In this document: in pieces, positions 27,818 through 35,695 of the stretch | Numbering within the stretch: position 1 is the first letter of the stretch | Layout of the letters: the number at the start of each line of letters is the position of its first letter | Notes under the pieces: generated by a model | Database searches by the model: none | What the model was told of the DNA's origin: nothing | The model's input: only the letters and a program-made list of their open reading frames with translations | Assembly (NCBI GenBank): GCA_964474085.1 | Contig: CAYYRJ010000003.1 | Location: 21,348 to 85,347, forward strand | Direction of reading: 5' to 3' | Length of the DNA: 64,000 nt | Source of the DNA: an uncultured Planctomycetales bacterium | GTDB taxonomy: Bacteria > Omnitrophota > Gorgyraeia > Zapsychrales > JANLHA01 | Program-made: the position numbers and the translations under genes

Positions 27818-29263
27818 TTATTTTATTTCAAATGTGTTGCCGAATTTCTCGGCGCTGGCTAATTGTTTTAAGAATAATTCGGGAACAGCATAACCTAAAT
27901 TTTGCGCTTTTTGGGAGTATTCCTTGGCTTTTGCAAAATTTTGTTTATTAAAATAGGCGACGGCAAGGTTATAGTGGCTGTCAGCATCCTGAGGATTAAG
28001 TTCAACCGCTTTTGTATACGATATGATTGCTTGTGCAAGGTTTCCTGTTTGTCCATACGCAAACCCCAGGTCGCGATAAATTTCTGGTGTTTGTACGGCC
28101 AAATCAACAGCTTTTTGTAAATGCGATATCGCTTCGTTGAGTGAATTGCGATCAAGATAAATTTTTCCTAAGTAAGTTAACGCAGAAATATTAGACGGTT
28201 CGCGTTTTAAAACGTCCTGCCAGGCGCTTAAAGCTTCGGTATTCATGCGCATTGCACTGTAGGATTTTGCGATACCGACGAGAGCTTTTAAATAATTCTG
28301 GTCAAGGGCTAGCGCTTCTTTAAAATTTTTGAGGGCTTCACCGTATTTTCCCTCGAGCAATAGTCCTTCTGCGTGATAAGTCAATGCATTCGCTGGGCTG
28401 ATTTGACGATTAAAATCAGCAACCGTTAGCGGTTGATTATAAGTGAAGTATTTTTTGGCTGCATTAACCGGTATGCCAAAATTATGTCCGCTTTGAGGAC
28501 TGAAAGCTTTTGAGATTCCGACGAGATTGCCTTGGGCGTCTAAAATCGGTCCTCCGCTGTTTCCGTGCCCGGTGACTATTTTAGACTGTAAATTTTCATG
28601 TTCGTCGATGACAGTTTTGCTGACAAACGGCCCGCTGGAAGTTTGATAGAACGATCCTTCTCGATGACCGATTGTAAAAAGAATGTCTCCGGGGTTTAAT
28701 TGATCCGAGTCGCCTAAGGGCAGCAGCGGCGCATTGGCGGTGTTGATTTTTAATAAACAAATATCAAGGTCATCATTATAATTTGCGATAAATTCAACCG
28801 GAAAAGTTTCTCCTGTTTTTGTGCGAACACTGATCGATGCGGCGTTAAAAACAACATGAAGATTTGTTGCAATAAGACCATCTGCCGAAACAAAAAATCC
28901 AGTTCCGTTGATGGTGCTGGTCGCCTTTTTTGCCTCGATGACCAACACAGACCGTGAAACACTGTCGATGAGATTGCTGATTTTTTCTGACGGGGATTGC
29001 TCTTGTGCCGGTTTAGGTTCGACAGATTCTAAGGAGTCGGCAGTTATGCTTTCGATTTCATTTCGATAGTAGGTGACCGTAACGCCGGATAAATCAACCT
29101 TAATATAATCCTTATCAGAGGCGATGATTCGCGCAGTCACCGTCGAACCGGATTTGAGTTTAATTTCTTCTGCCCGGGCAAAGCAACAGAAACTCGCGCT
29201 GAAGATAAAAACCAAAAGCAAAAAACGCTGCTGGTTTGTGTTTAGAATTTTCGATCTTTGCAT
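27818..29263 (-). CDS. secreted trypsin-like (S1) serine protease fused to TPR repeats
   Basis: Signal peptide; His block GFFVSADGLIATNLHVV; Ser block GHGNSGGPILD; C-terminal TPRs (YLGKIYLDRNSLNEAISHLQKAVDL...). Confidence 0.7.
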   Translation of the reverse strand: MQRSKILNTNQQRFLLLVFIFSASFCCFARAEEIKLKSGSTVTARIIASDKDYIKVDLSGVTVTYYRNEIESITADSLESVEPKPAQEQSPSEKISNLIDSVSRSVLVIEAKKATSTINGTGFFVSADGLIATNLHVVFNAASISVRTKTGETFPVEFIANYNDDLDICLLKINTANAPLLPLGDSDQLNPGDILFTIGHREGSFYQTSSGPFVSKTVIDEHENLQSKIVTGHGNSGGPILDAQGNLVGISKAFSPQSGHNFGIPVNAAKKYFTYNQPLTVADFNRQISPANALTYHAEGLLLEGKYGEALKNFKEALALDQNYLKALVGIAKSYSAMRMNTEALSAWQDVLKREPSNISALTYLGKIYLDRNSLNEAISHLQKAVDLAVQTPEIYRDLGFAYGQTGNLAQAIISYTKAVELNPQDADSHYNLAVAYFNKQNFAKAKEYSQKAQNLGYAVPELFLKQLASAEKFGNTFEIK

Positions 29264-31086
29264 TCGCTAATATTTAAATAATGGGCATCGGCCAATCGTT
29301 TTTTAGCCTGATAGAGTTCTTTGACTTGCCTTCTCCACTGATGAAGATCTGCACATGTGACACAGCCGTCTTTGTTGAGATCGAACGATAAAATTAAAAT
29401 ATTCTGTCGATCTGTTGTCAGACAGCGGTTGATTAAGGGTTTGAATTGTTCGATGTTTTCCTTGTCACAAAGATACTGCTCATTTCTTGGCGCTGGCGGT
29501 TCGATCCAAGTGCCAAAACCTTTGGTACAACCGCGAAATGATGTCGGTTCAGATTCAGACACGGTATTTTCAACGTAAGTTTTTTTTGATTTTAGGCGTG
29601 ATTCTTTAGCCTTCATGATTTTATCAGCTTTTTCTTTCTCTTGGGCTTCTCGTTTTTCTTTAGCTGCTTGAAGTTTGGCTGCCTTATCGTTTCTAATTTT
29701 AACTGCTTTTGCGTCTCTTTCTTCTTTTGCTTTTTGAATTTTGCCAGTTTTCGTTTTTGCTTTCGCTTCGTTTTCTTCTTTAATCTTTTGAAGTCTTGCA
29801 GATTGTTCTTGGGCTTTTGCTGCTTTTTCTTTTCTTATTTTTTCAGCTTTTTCGTCGGCCTTTGAAGTCTTTGTATTTTTAACTGCAGGAATATCAGCAA
29901 TTTCGGTAGGTGCAGGAGGTACTGCACTTTCAACAATTTCTAAAGGGACTTGTGAATACGTTTGAGCTGGGCTCATTGTCTGGGGATATTGATTATCATC
30001 ATTTTCAAGCAAAGCATTTTTAATATCCGCAGGCTGTTCAACAAATTCAGCGTCTTGTGCCACCTTACGTTCAGCTTTTTCGCGAATTTTAGCGGCTTTG
30101 TCGTCGCGAGCTTGTTGAAGTTTAGCTTCTCTTTGTTCTTTAGCTTCTTGGAGCTTGGCCTGTTTAGCTTCGAGTTGGGCGGCTTTGTCGTCGCGGGATT
30201 GTTGAAACTTGGCTGCTTTTTGTTCTTTGGCTTCTTGGACCTTGGCCCGTTTAGCTTCGAGCTGGGCGGCTTTGTCGTCGCGGGCTTGTTGAAACTTGGC
30301 TTCTTTTTGTTCTTTAGCTTCTTGAAGCTTGGCCCGTTTAGCTTCGAGTTGGGCGGCTTTGTCGTCGCGAGCTTGTTGAAGTTTAGCTTCTTTTTGTTCT
30401 TTATCAGCTTGGAGTTTAGCTGCCTTTTCTTTGGCTTTAGCTTCTTTGTCTTGAATTAATTTTTTATGTTTTTCTTTTTTGATGCTCGATTTACTATTTT
30501 TCAGTTCTTCTATTTGCGCGATGGCAAATTGTTTGCAGAGTTTGAAATCTAAAAGATTTTGAGGTTGTTCGCATCCTGCGACTGTTGACTTCGCATTTAA
30601 CCCGACAAGGCAGGATGTTTTAGCCGCGCTGGTATCAATTAACTCGCAAATGGTTTTGTCATTGAGCTGTTTTGCGCGAAATTCTAAACAAATGGAAAGA
30701 TCCTTTGCATTTGAGGAGCAGCTGTAACATTCTTTTTTTATATCTAGGTCGGAAATCATTTTGCAAAAGGAAAGATCTCCTGTTGTTTGCTTAAGTTGGG
30801 AGAGACAAGCGTTGATATCTTTTGGGTTTTGATTAAGCTGACAATCAGCTAAGCTTTGGGGTGGATGAGAAACGAAACACATCGCCCGACGTTCTTTGTT
30901 GGTGATTTTTAAGCACAGGGAATAATTTTGTGCTGTGAGTCCAAGAGTTTCAAAACAATCGTCGCGCCATTCCGGATAACCAATCCTTTCACAGCTGAGG
31001 ATCTGTTGTTGCAACAATGATTCTTTTGCATGAAGCATTGGCGTCCATGCTAGTAAAAGTCCCAGAAATAAAAGTAGTTTTTTCAT
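29242..31086 (-). CDS. secreted Cys-rich protein with central 29-aa (87 bp) tandem E/A/K-rich repeats and C-terminal EF-hand-like loop
   Basis: Signal peptide MKKLLLFLGLLLAWTPMLHA; >=4.5 repeats of AKLQEAKEQKEAKFQQARDDKAAQLEAKR (87 bp period in DNA at about 30060-30460); C-terminal DLNKDGCVTCAD fits the EF-hand loop pattern. Confidence 0.55.
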   Translation of the reverse strand: MKKLLLFLGLLLAWTPMLHAKESLLQQQILSCERIGYPEWRDDCFETLGLTAQNYSLCLKITNKERRAMCFVSHPPQSLADCQLNQNPKDINACLSQLKQTTGDLSFCKMISDLDIKKECYSCSSNAKDLSICLEFRAKQLNDKTICELIDTSAAKTSCLVGLNAKSTVAGCEQPQNLLDFKLCKQFAIAQIEELKNSKSSIKKEKHKKLIQDKEAKAKEKAAKLQADKEQKEAKLQQARDDKAAQLEAKRAKLQEAKEQKEAKFQQARDDKAAQLEAKRAKVQEAKEQKAAKFQQSRDDKAAQLEAKQAKLQEAKEQREAKLQQARDDKAAKIREKAERKVAQDAEFVEQPADIKNALLENDDNQYPQTMSPAQTYSQVPLEIVESAVPPAPTEIADIPAVKNTKTSKADEKAEKIRKEKAAKAQEQSARLQKIKEENEAKAKTKTGKIQKAKEERDAKAVKIRNDKAAKLQAAKEKREAQEKEKADKIMKAKESRLKSKKTYVENTVSESEPTSFRGCTKGFGTWIEPPAPRNEQYLCDKENIEQFKPLINRCLTTDRQNILILSFDLNKDGCVTCADLHQWRRQVKELYQAKKRLADAHYLNISECKDRKF

Positions 31087-32024
31087 AAAGATCCCTTTGT
31101 TGGAAGGTTAATTGTTTGTGCCAATTCTACCGAGACATTTCCTAGTGGGGTTTTGAGAATTGCATGCAGAGGTCTTTTGGAGCCTGATGCTGAGAAAAAA
31201 ACCTCTGCGGAGACTTTCTTCAGTTGTTTGCCGTTGCTAAAAACATAGGGTTTAAGAAGATAAGATTCATGAACTGTATTATCCGCAAGAATAATTTGTT
31301 TGCTGGCTGAAAGCAAACCGATAAAGTTATAAATGGTATCGTCCGCGTAGAGATCAAATTCAGAAGTATCGCCCAAACTCCAAGGCATCATTCGCAAATA
31401 AAAACCGCCGCTTAACACATCGAGCAAGCGTTTTGGGATCGCAAGCTCTTTGACTTGTCCATTGAGATGATTTTTATAATGGGCTTTGCAGTTTGCATAG
31501 TCGAAATCAACGGTTGACTCAAGAATCACGCCCCCTTTAACGTACTCTTCATGGCGCAGGACAACAAATTTTTTGGCGTCCATATAGGAAACATAGCGGT
31601 CCTTGGCGCCAAAAAGCGCTGTAAAAAACGGCATCGTTTTTGAAATCATTTCAAAGCAATAGACATCTTGTCCGTTGAGAATGGTTTTCCCATTATTGAT
31701 CGTAATAAACTCGCCGATCGTCAGGCCCAAATATTTGGCTTTAAAAATAAGTTTTTCTTGTTCTGGCATCTTTTCTGCAGCCAAAGCCAATGCCGATGAT
31801 TCAATTGATGCGGCAGGCGGCTCTAATAACGCGGTAGCGTTGTGTTCGACTACAGGAATTTGCGGTTCTTGCTTGGGTAAGGTGGCTTTGATTTTTTGGG
31901 CTTCCAAGAGGATGTCCTCTTTTTTCAAAACAGACGCACATCCTATTATCAAAAGAAAAGACAAGAATCCGATCAAAAACTTTAATTTAGGCATGATCGT
32001 TTTTAGAAAGAAATGATTAAGCAA
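31083..32024 (-). CDS. lipoprotein of unknown function
   Basis: Lipobox LSFLLIIGC-A after positively charged N-terminus; 313 aa. Confidence 0.4.
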   Translation of the reverse strand: MLNHFFLKTIMPKLKFLIGFLSFLLIIGCASVLKKEDILLEAQKIKATLPKQEPQIPVVEHNATALLEPPAASIESSALALAAEKMPEQEKLIFKAKYLGLTIGEFITINNGKTILNGQDVYCFEMISKTMPFFTALFGAKDRYVSYMDAKKFVVLRHEEYVKGGVILESTVDFDYANCKAHYKNHLNGQVKELAIPKRLLDVLSGGFYLRMMPWSLGDTSEFDLYADDTIYNFIGLLSASKQIILADNTVHESYLLKPYVFSNGKQLKKVSAEVFFSASGSKRPLHAILKTPLGNVSVELAQTINLPTKGSL

Positions 32025-32550
32025 CTTTATTGTCTTGTTTTAATTTTGGCCAATGTTCCTCGGCTAAAATATAGCCAACGCAACGGCTGGCGCGGCAATA
32101 GCAACGGTGTTCATCATACCCGTCATACCCGTAGCTGTAATTGTAGGTAATCTCTTCTCCCTTTTTGATGTCGCGCAGCGCAATCGTCCAAATTTTCCCG
32201 CGGATGATTTCTGTTTCGGCATTCGGGTCGCAGGAGTGATTGACATGTCGCGCTGTATTATAGGGAACATTGCCATCGATATCATAGCGTTTGTTAAGGT
32301 CAAAAAGATATACTGCCCCGAGAGTTTGATCTTCTTTATGGCGATGCAATGGAATAAGGGCCCGTTTTTCAGCTTCTGCTTTTGTGATTTTTTCGCCGAC
32401 GTATTCAATGATCCGTGTTCCTTCAGGGATATCTTTTTTTGCGAAAACCCCGCGGCCGTGGATCGCTGAATTTCGGACCGTAATAAAAGGACTGGTTGTT
32501 TTTTGTGGTTTCATATTGGGTAGAATAGCACGCTCGTCAGAGAAATTCAT
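32017..32550 (-). CDS. SET-domain protein (putative protein-lysine N-methyltransferase)
   Basis: HGRGVFA (GxG block), NHSCDPN (SET motif III), ITYNY, and post-SET Cys cluster CYCRASRC; 177 aa. Confidence 0.7.
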   Translation of the reverse strand: MNFSDERAILPNMKPQKTTSPFITVRNSAIHGRGVFAKKDIPEGTRIIEYVGEKITKAEAEKRALIPLHRHKEDQTLGAVYLFDLNKRYDIDGNVPYNTARHVNHSCDPNAETEIIRGKIWTIALRDIKKGEEITYNYSYGYDGYDEHRCYCRASRCVGYILAEEHWPKLKQDNKVA

Positions 32551-32572
32551 TATTTACCTGGAATTTTTAACA

Positions 32573-33580
32573 TCACTTTGCGGATCTATAAGTTTTTTTC
32601 CAATACGCCTCCAAAAAACGACGTTTCTTGACGAGCCACGCCTGATGATCATGGTACCAACGGATAGTTTCGTCAAGGCCTCTTTTAAATTCGACCTTCG
32701 GCGTCCACCCGAGTTTTTCAAGTTTGCTGCAGTCAACGCTATAGCGAAAATCATGGCCAAGCCGATCCTGGACAAATTCAATCAGCGAATGGGGTTTACC
32801 TAAATGATCCAAAATCATTTTGACGGTATTAATATTCTGTTGTTCAAAATAACTTCCGATATTATAAACTTCACCGATTTTTCCCTTGCGCAAGATCGTA
32901 TCGATACCGTTGGCACAGTCACTGACGTGCAGCCATTCGCGGATTTGTGCGCCTTTCCCATAAACGGGGACTTTTGTATTATTCAAAGCTTTCAAAATAA
33001 TGACCGGAATTAACTTTTCCGGATATTGCCAGGGCCCGTAATTATTGGCCGGCCGGACAATGATCGCTGGAAATTTATAAGTATGCAAGGCCGCCTGGAC
33101 TAAAAGTTCTCCAGCAGCTTTTGTTGACGAATAAGGATTTTTGGCTTTGAGCGGATCGGTTTCTTTGAAATAACCGTTTTTGCTCTCGCCATAAATTTCG
33201 TCGGTTGAAATATGGATAAATTTTTTTATTTTAAATTCACGCGAAAGATCAATAAGATTTTGCGTCCCCTGCACATTGGTCTTAATAAATGCTGATGCAT
33301 TTTGTATGCTGCGGTCGACGTGGGTTTCGGCGGCAAAATGAATGACGATTTGCGGCGCTTCTTTTTTAAAAATTGCGTGGAGTTTTTTGTGGTCGCAGAT
33401 ATCAACTTTATAAAACTTGATTTCTTTGCCGACATCTTTAAGCCGCTCTAAATCTCCGGCATATGTCAATTTGTCGACGCCTACCAGAGAATAATTCTTT
33501 TTAACGGACTGACGGACAAACTGGCTGCCGATAAAACCTGCAGCGCCTGTGACTAATATTTTATCGATGGATTTTTGCAT
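32573..33580 (-). CDS. rmlB: dTDP-glucose 4,6-dehydratase
   Basis: ILVTGAAGFIGS Rossmann motif, YSSTKAAGE catalytic YxxxK, 335 aa; adjacent to rmlA. Confidence 0.85.
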   Translation of the reverse strand: MQKSIDKILVTGAAGFIGSQFVRQSVKKNYSLVGVDKLTYAGDLERLKDVGKEIKFYKVDICDHKKLHAIFKKEAPQIVIHFAAETHVDRSIQNASAFIKTNVQGTQNLIDLSREFKIKKFIHISTDEIYGESKNGYFKETDPLKAKNPYSSTKAAGELLVQAALHTYKFPAIIVRPANNYGPWQYPEKLIPVIILKALNNTKVPVYGKGAQIREWLHVSDCANGIDTILRKGKIGEVYNIGSYFEQQNINTVKMILDHLGKPHSLIEFVQDRLGHDFRYSVDCSKLEKLGWTPKVEFKRGLDETIRWYHDHQAWLVKKRRFLEAYWKKTYRSAK

Positions 33581-33598
33581 TATTGAAATGTCCTTTTT

Positions 33599-34465
33599 CT
33601 ATTCACGGGTAGCTATTTTTTTTAGATATGTGCCGTAACTCGTCGGGATTGCATCGGCTAAAACGAGTAATTGTTTTTTGGTAATCCAGCCTTGATTAAA
33701 AGCAACTTCCTCGATGCAGCCGATTTTAAGGCCTTGCCGGTCTTCGATCGTTTTAATAAAAATGGACGCATCCGTCAATGATGTATAGGTCCCGGTGTCA
33801 AGCCAGGCATACCCGCGGTTTAAAACTTTGACGTTGAGCTTTTTATTTTTTAAATAAAGACGGTTGATGTCGGTAATCTCAAGTTCTCCGCGAGCGGACG
33901 GTTTTATTTTTTTGGCGTAGGCGACGACATTGGCATCATAGAAATAAAGGCCTGTCACAGCAAAATTGGATTTTGGTTTTTGGGGTTTTTCTTCGATGGA
34001 TGTCGCCTGAAGATTTTTATTAAACGCGACAACCCCGTATCGCTCTGGGTCCGAAACATTGTACGCAAAAACGCTGGCACCCGTTTTGGTTTTAGCTGCC
34101 TGTTTAAGCAGAACAGTCAACCGGTCACCATAAAAAATATTGTCGCCCAGAATTAAACAAACTGGATCTTGGCCGATAAATTTTTCGCCCACAAGAAAGG
34201 CTTGGGCGATCCCTTGGGGCTTGGGTTGTTCTTTATAGCTAATCTTAAGCCCCAGTTCTTTGCCATCGCCAAAAAGTTTTTCAAATAAAGGCAAATCAGT
34301 TGGCGTTGAAATGATTAGGATCTCCCGAATGCCGGCAAGCATAAGCACGGAAAGAGGATAATAAATCATCGGCTTATCGTAAATTGGTAACAGTTGTTTG
34401 CAAACGCTCTTGGTAATCGGATAAAGCCGTGTCGCTTTTCCACCGGCGAGGATAATGCCTTTCAT
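33599..34465 (-). CDS. rmlA: glucose-1-phosphate thymidylyltransferase
   Basis: [39 protein letters not shown] is the canonical RmlA N-terminus; 288 aa. Confidence 0.85.
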   Translation of the reverse strand: MKGIILAGGKATRLYPITKSVCKQLLPIYDKPMIYYPLSVLMLAGIREILIISTPTDLPLFEKLFGDGKELGLKISYKEQPKPQGIAQAFLVGEKFIGQDPVCLILGDNIFYGDRLTVLLKQAAKTKTGASVFAYNVSDPERYGVVAFNKNLQATSIEEKPQKPKSNFAVTGLYFYDANVVAYAKKIKPSARGELEITDINRLYLKNKKLNVKVLNRGYAWLDTGTYTSLTDASIFIKTIEDRQGLKIGCIEEVAFNQGWITKKQLLVLADAIPTSYGTYLKKIATRE

Positions 34466-34480
34466 AAGGAGTAAACCTTT

Positions 34481-35695
34481 CTAACTGTTGACTAAAACAT
34501 CATTAAGAAAATTTTTGAATATTTCCCCGGGATCAAATTGAACAATCTGTTGCGACAAGTTTTGTGCGGATTGTCGGTACTTATTTTCTGCCAAAAGTTC
34601 ATGAATAGCGGCACTAACAGTATTTTTTGTTGCCAAAGACGGACGGATCAATTTTCCGGCGCCCAATTCTACAATTTGTTCCATGACAAAAAACTGGTCC
34701 ATGTTCGTCGGGAAACCTAAAACAGGAACACCATCTGATAACCCCTGGTAAACTGAGCCACTGCCGCCGTTTGTAATGAATAATTGGGCGACTTTAGCCA
34801 CTTCTAATCCTGAAACATAATCGGTCACAAAAAAGTTTTCAGGCATATTCGCACTACTGGCTCGGCCGGAAGTCGTAAAAATGACCGTGACCTCCATTTT
34901 TTTTAAGACATCCTTAATAAGGGTTAGTATCGAGATGTTCCCGGAAGACCCTAAGGATAAATAAATAAGCGGTTTGTTCTCGGGCCATTTGCCCCACCAC
35001 TCTGGATGTACCATATTTGGTAATTCACAAATTGGTCCCAAGTATTTGTGTGTGTTGGGTAAATTTTCGCTTGGAGCAATTTGCGGTACGTCGGGGTAAA
35101 GTGTCCATGTTCCCTGTGAATACATCTCTTGAATCGTTTTAACAGTTTCTAAGCCGTATTGGCGGCAAATTTTGTTGAAATCTCGATAATGAAGAGAAAA
35201 TCCGATTGGTGAAAAAATGCGGAACAATATCTCGCCGAGTTGAGGTCCGAGTGCTTTTGCGATTGGTAACTCGGGAAACGGACTTTCATTGCGTTTTGAA
35301 AATGGGCTCCAATAGGCGTTAATCAGACACACATAAGGAATTTTCGCAAGACGGCTGGAAATACCCAATGAGATGCGAAAATCTCCAACAATCAGATTAG
35401 GCTTTGTTTTTTCAAAGAGTTCTCGTTCATCGAGAAGATACTGTTCAAGCCGATCATGCGTATAGACAGGTTCGCCGGTGGATAATCTTTTATTAAACTC
35501 TTCCGTTGACATCGACGGCAATTCCACCCAGGGAAATCCTGCATTTTCAATCAGTGCCCGATAACGTTTATCGCATGCAAAGACAATTTCATAATTCTCT
35601 TTATCAAGGCTTTGGGCCAAAAACACAGGCCTAATGATATGCGATAAAGTAACTCCCTCTCCAATAAAAAGAATACGTTTTTTGGGCGAAGTCAT
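34481..35695 (-). CDS. GT1-family glycosyltransferase (UDP/dTDP-sugar glycosyltransferase, MGT/OleD-like)
   Basis: C-terminal nucleotide-sugar binding region ITNGGSGSVYQGLSDGVPVLGFPTNMDQF; 404 aa; start overlaps the stop of the upstream E1-nitroreductase gene. Confidence 0.65.
   Translation of the reverse strand: MTSPKKRILFIGEGVTLSHIIRPVFLAQSLDKENYEIVFACDKRYRALIENAGFPWVELPSMSTEEFNKRLSTGEPVYTHDRLEQYLLDERELFEKTKPNLIVGDFRISLGISSRLAKIPYVCLINAYWSPFSKRNESPFPELPIAKALGPQLGEILFRIFSPIGFSLHYRDFNKICRQYGLETVKTIQEMYSQGTWTLYPDVPQIAPSENLPNTHKYLGPICELPNMVHPEWWGKWPENKPLIYLSLGSSGNISILTLIKDVLKKMEVTVIFTTSGRASSANMPENFFVTDYVSGLEVAKVAQLFITNGGSGSVYQGLSDGVPVLGFPTNMDQFFVMEQIVELGAGKLIRPSLATKNTVSAAIHELLAENKYRQSAQNLSQQIVQFDPGEIFKNFLNDVLVNS

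Noticed and set aside
29962-30459. 165 aa plus-strand ORF, and other 60-120 aa ORFs antisense to large genes (e.g. 3655-3927, 5701-5955, 7695-8198, 46267-46587, 47137-47511)
   Set aside because: They lie wholly inside well-supported genes on the opposite strand. The 29962-30459 ORF is a low-complexity mirror of the tandem repeat; no motifs or RBS support.
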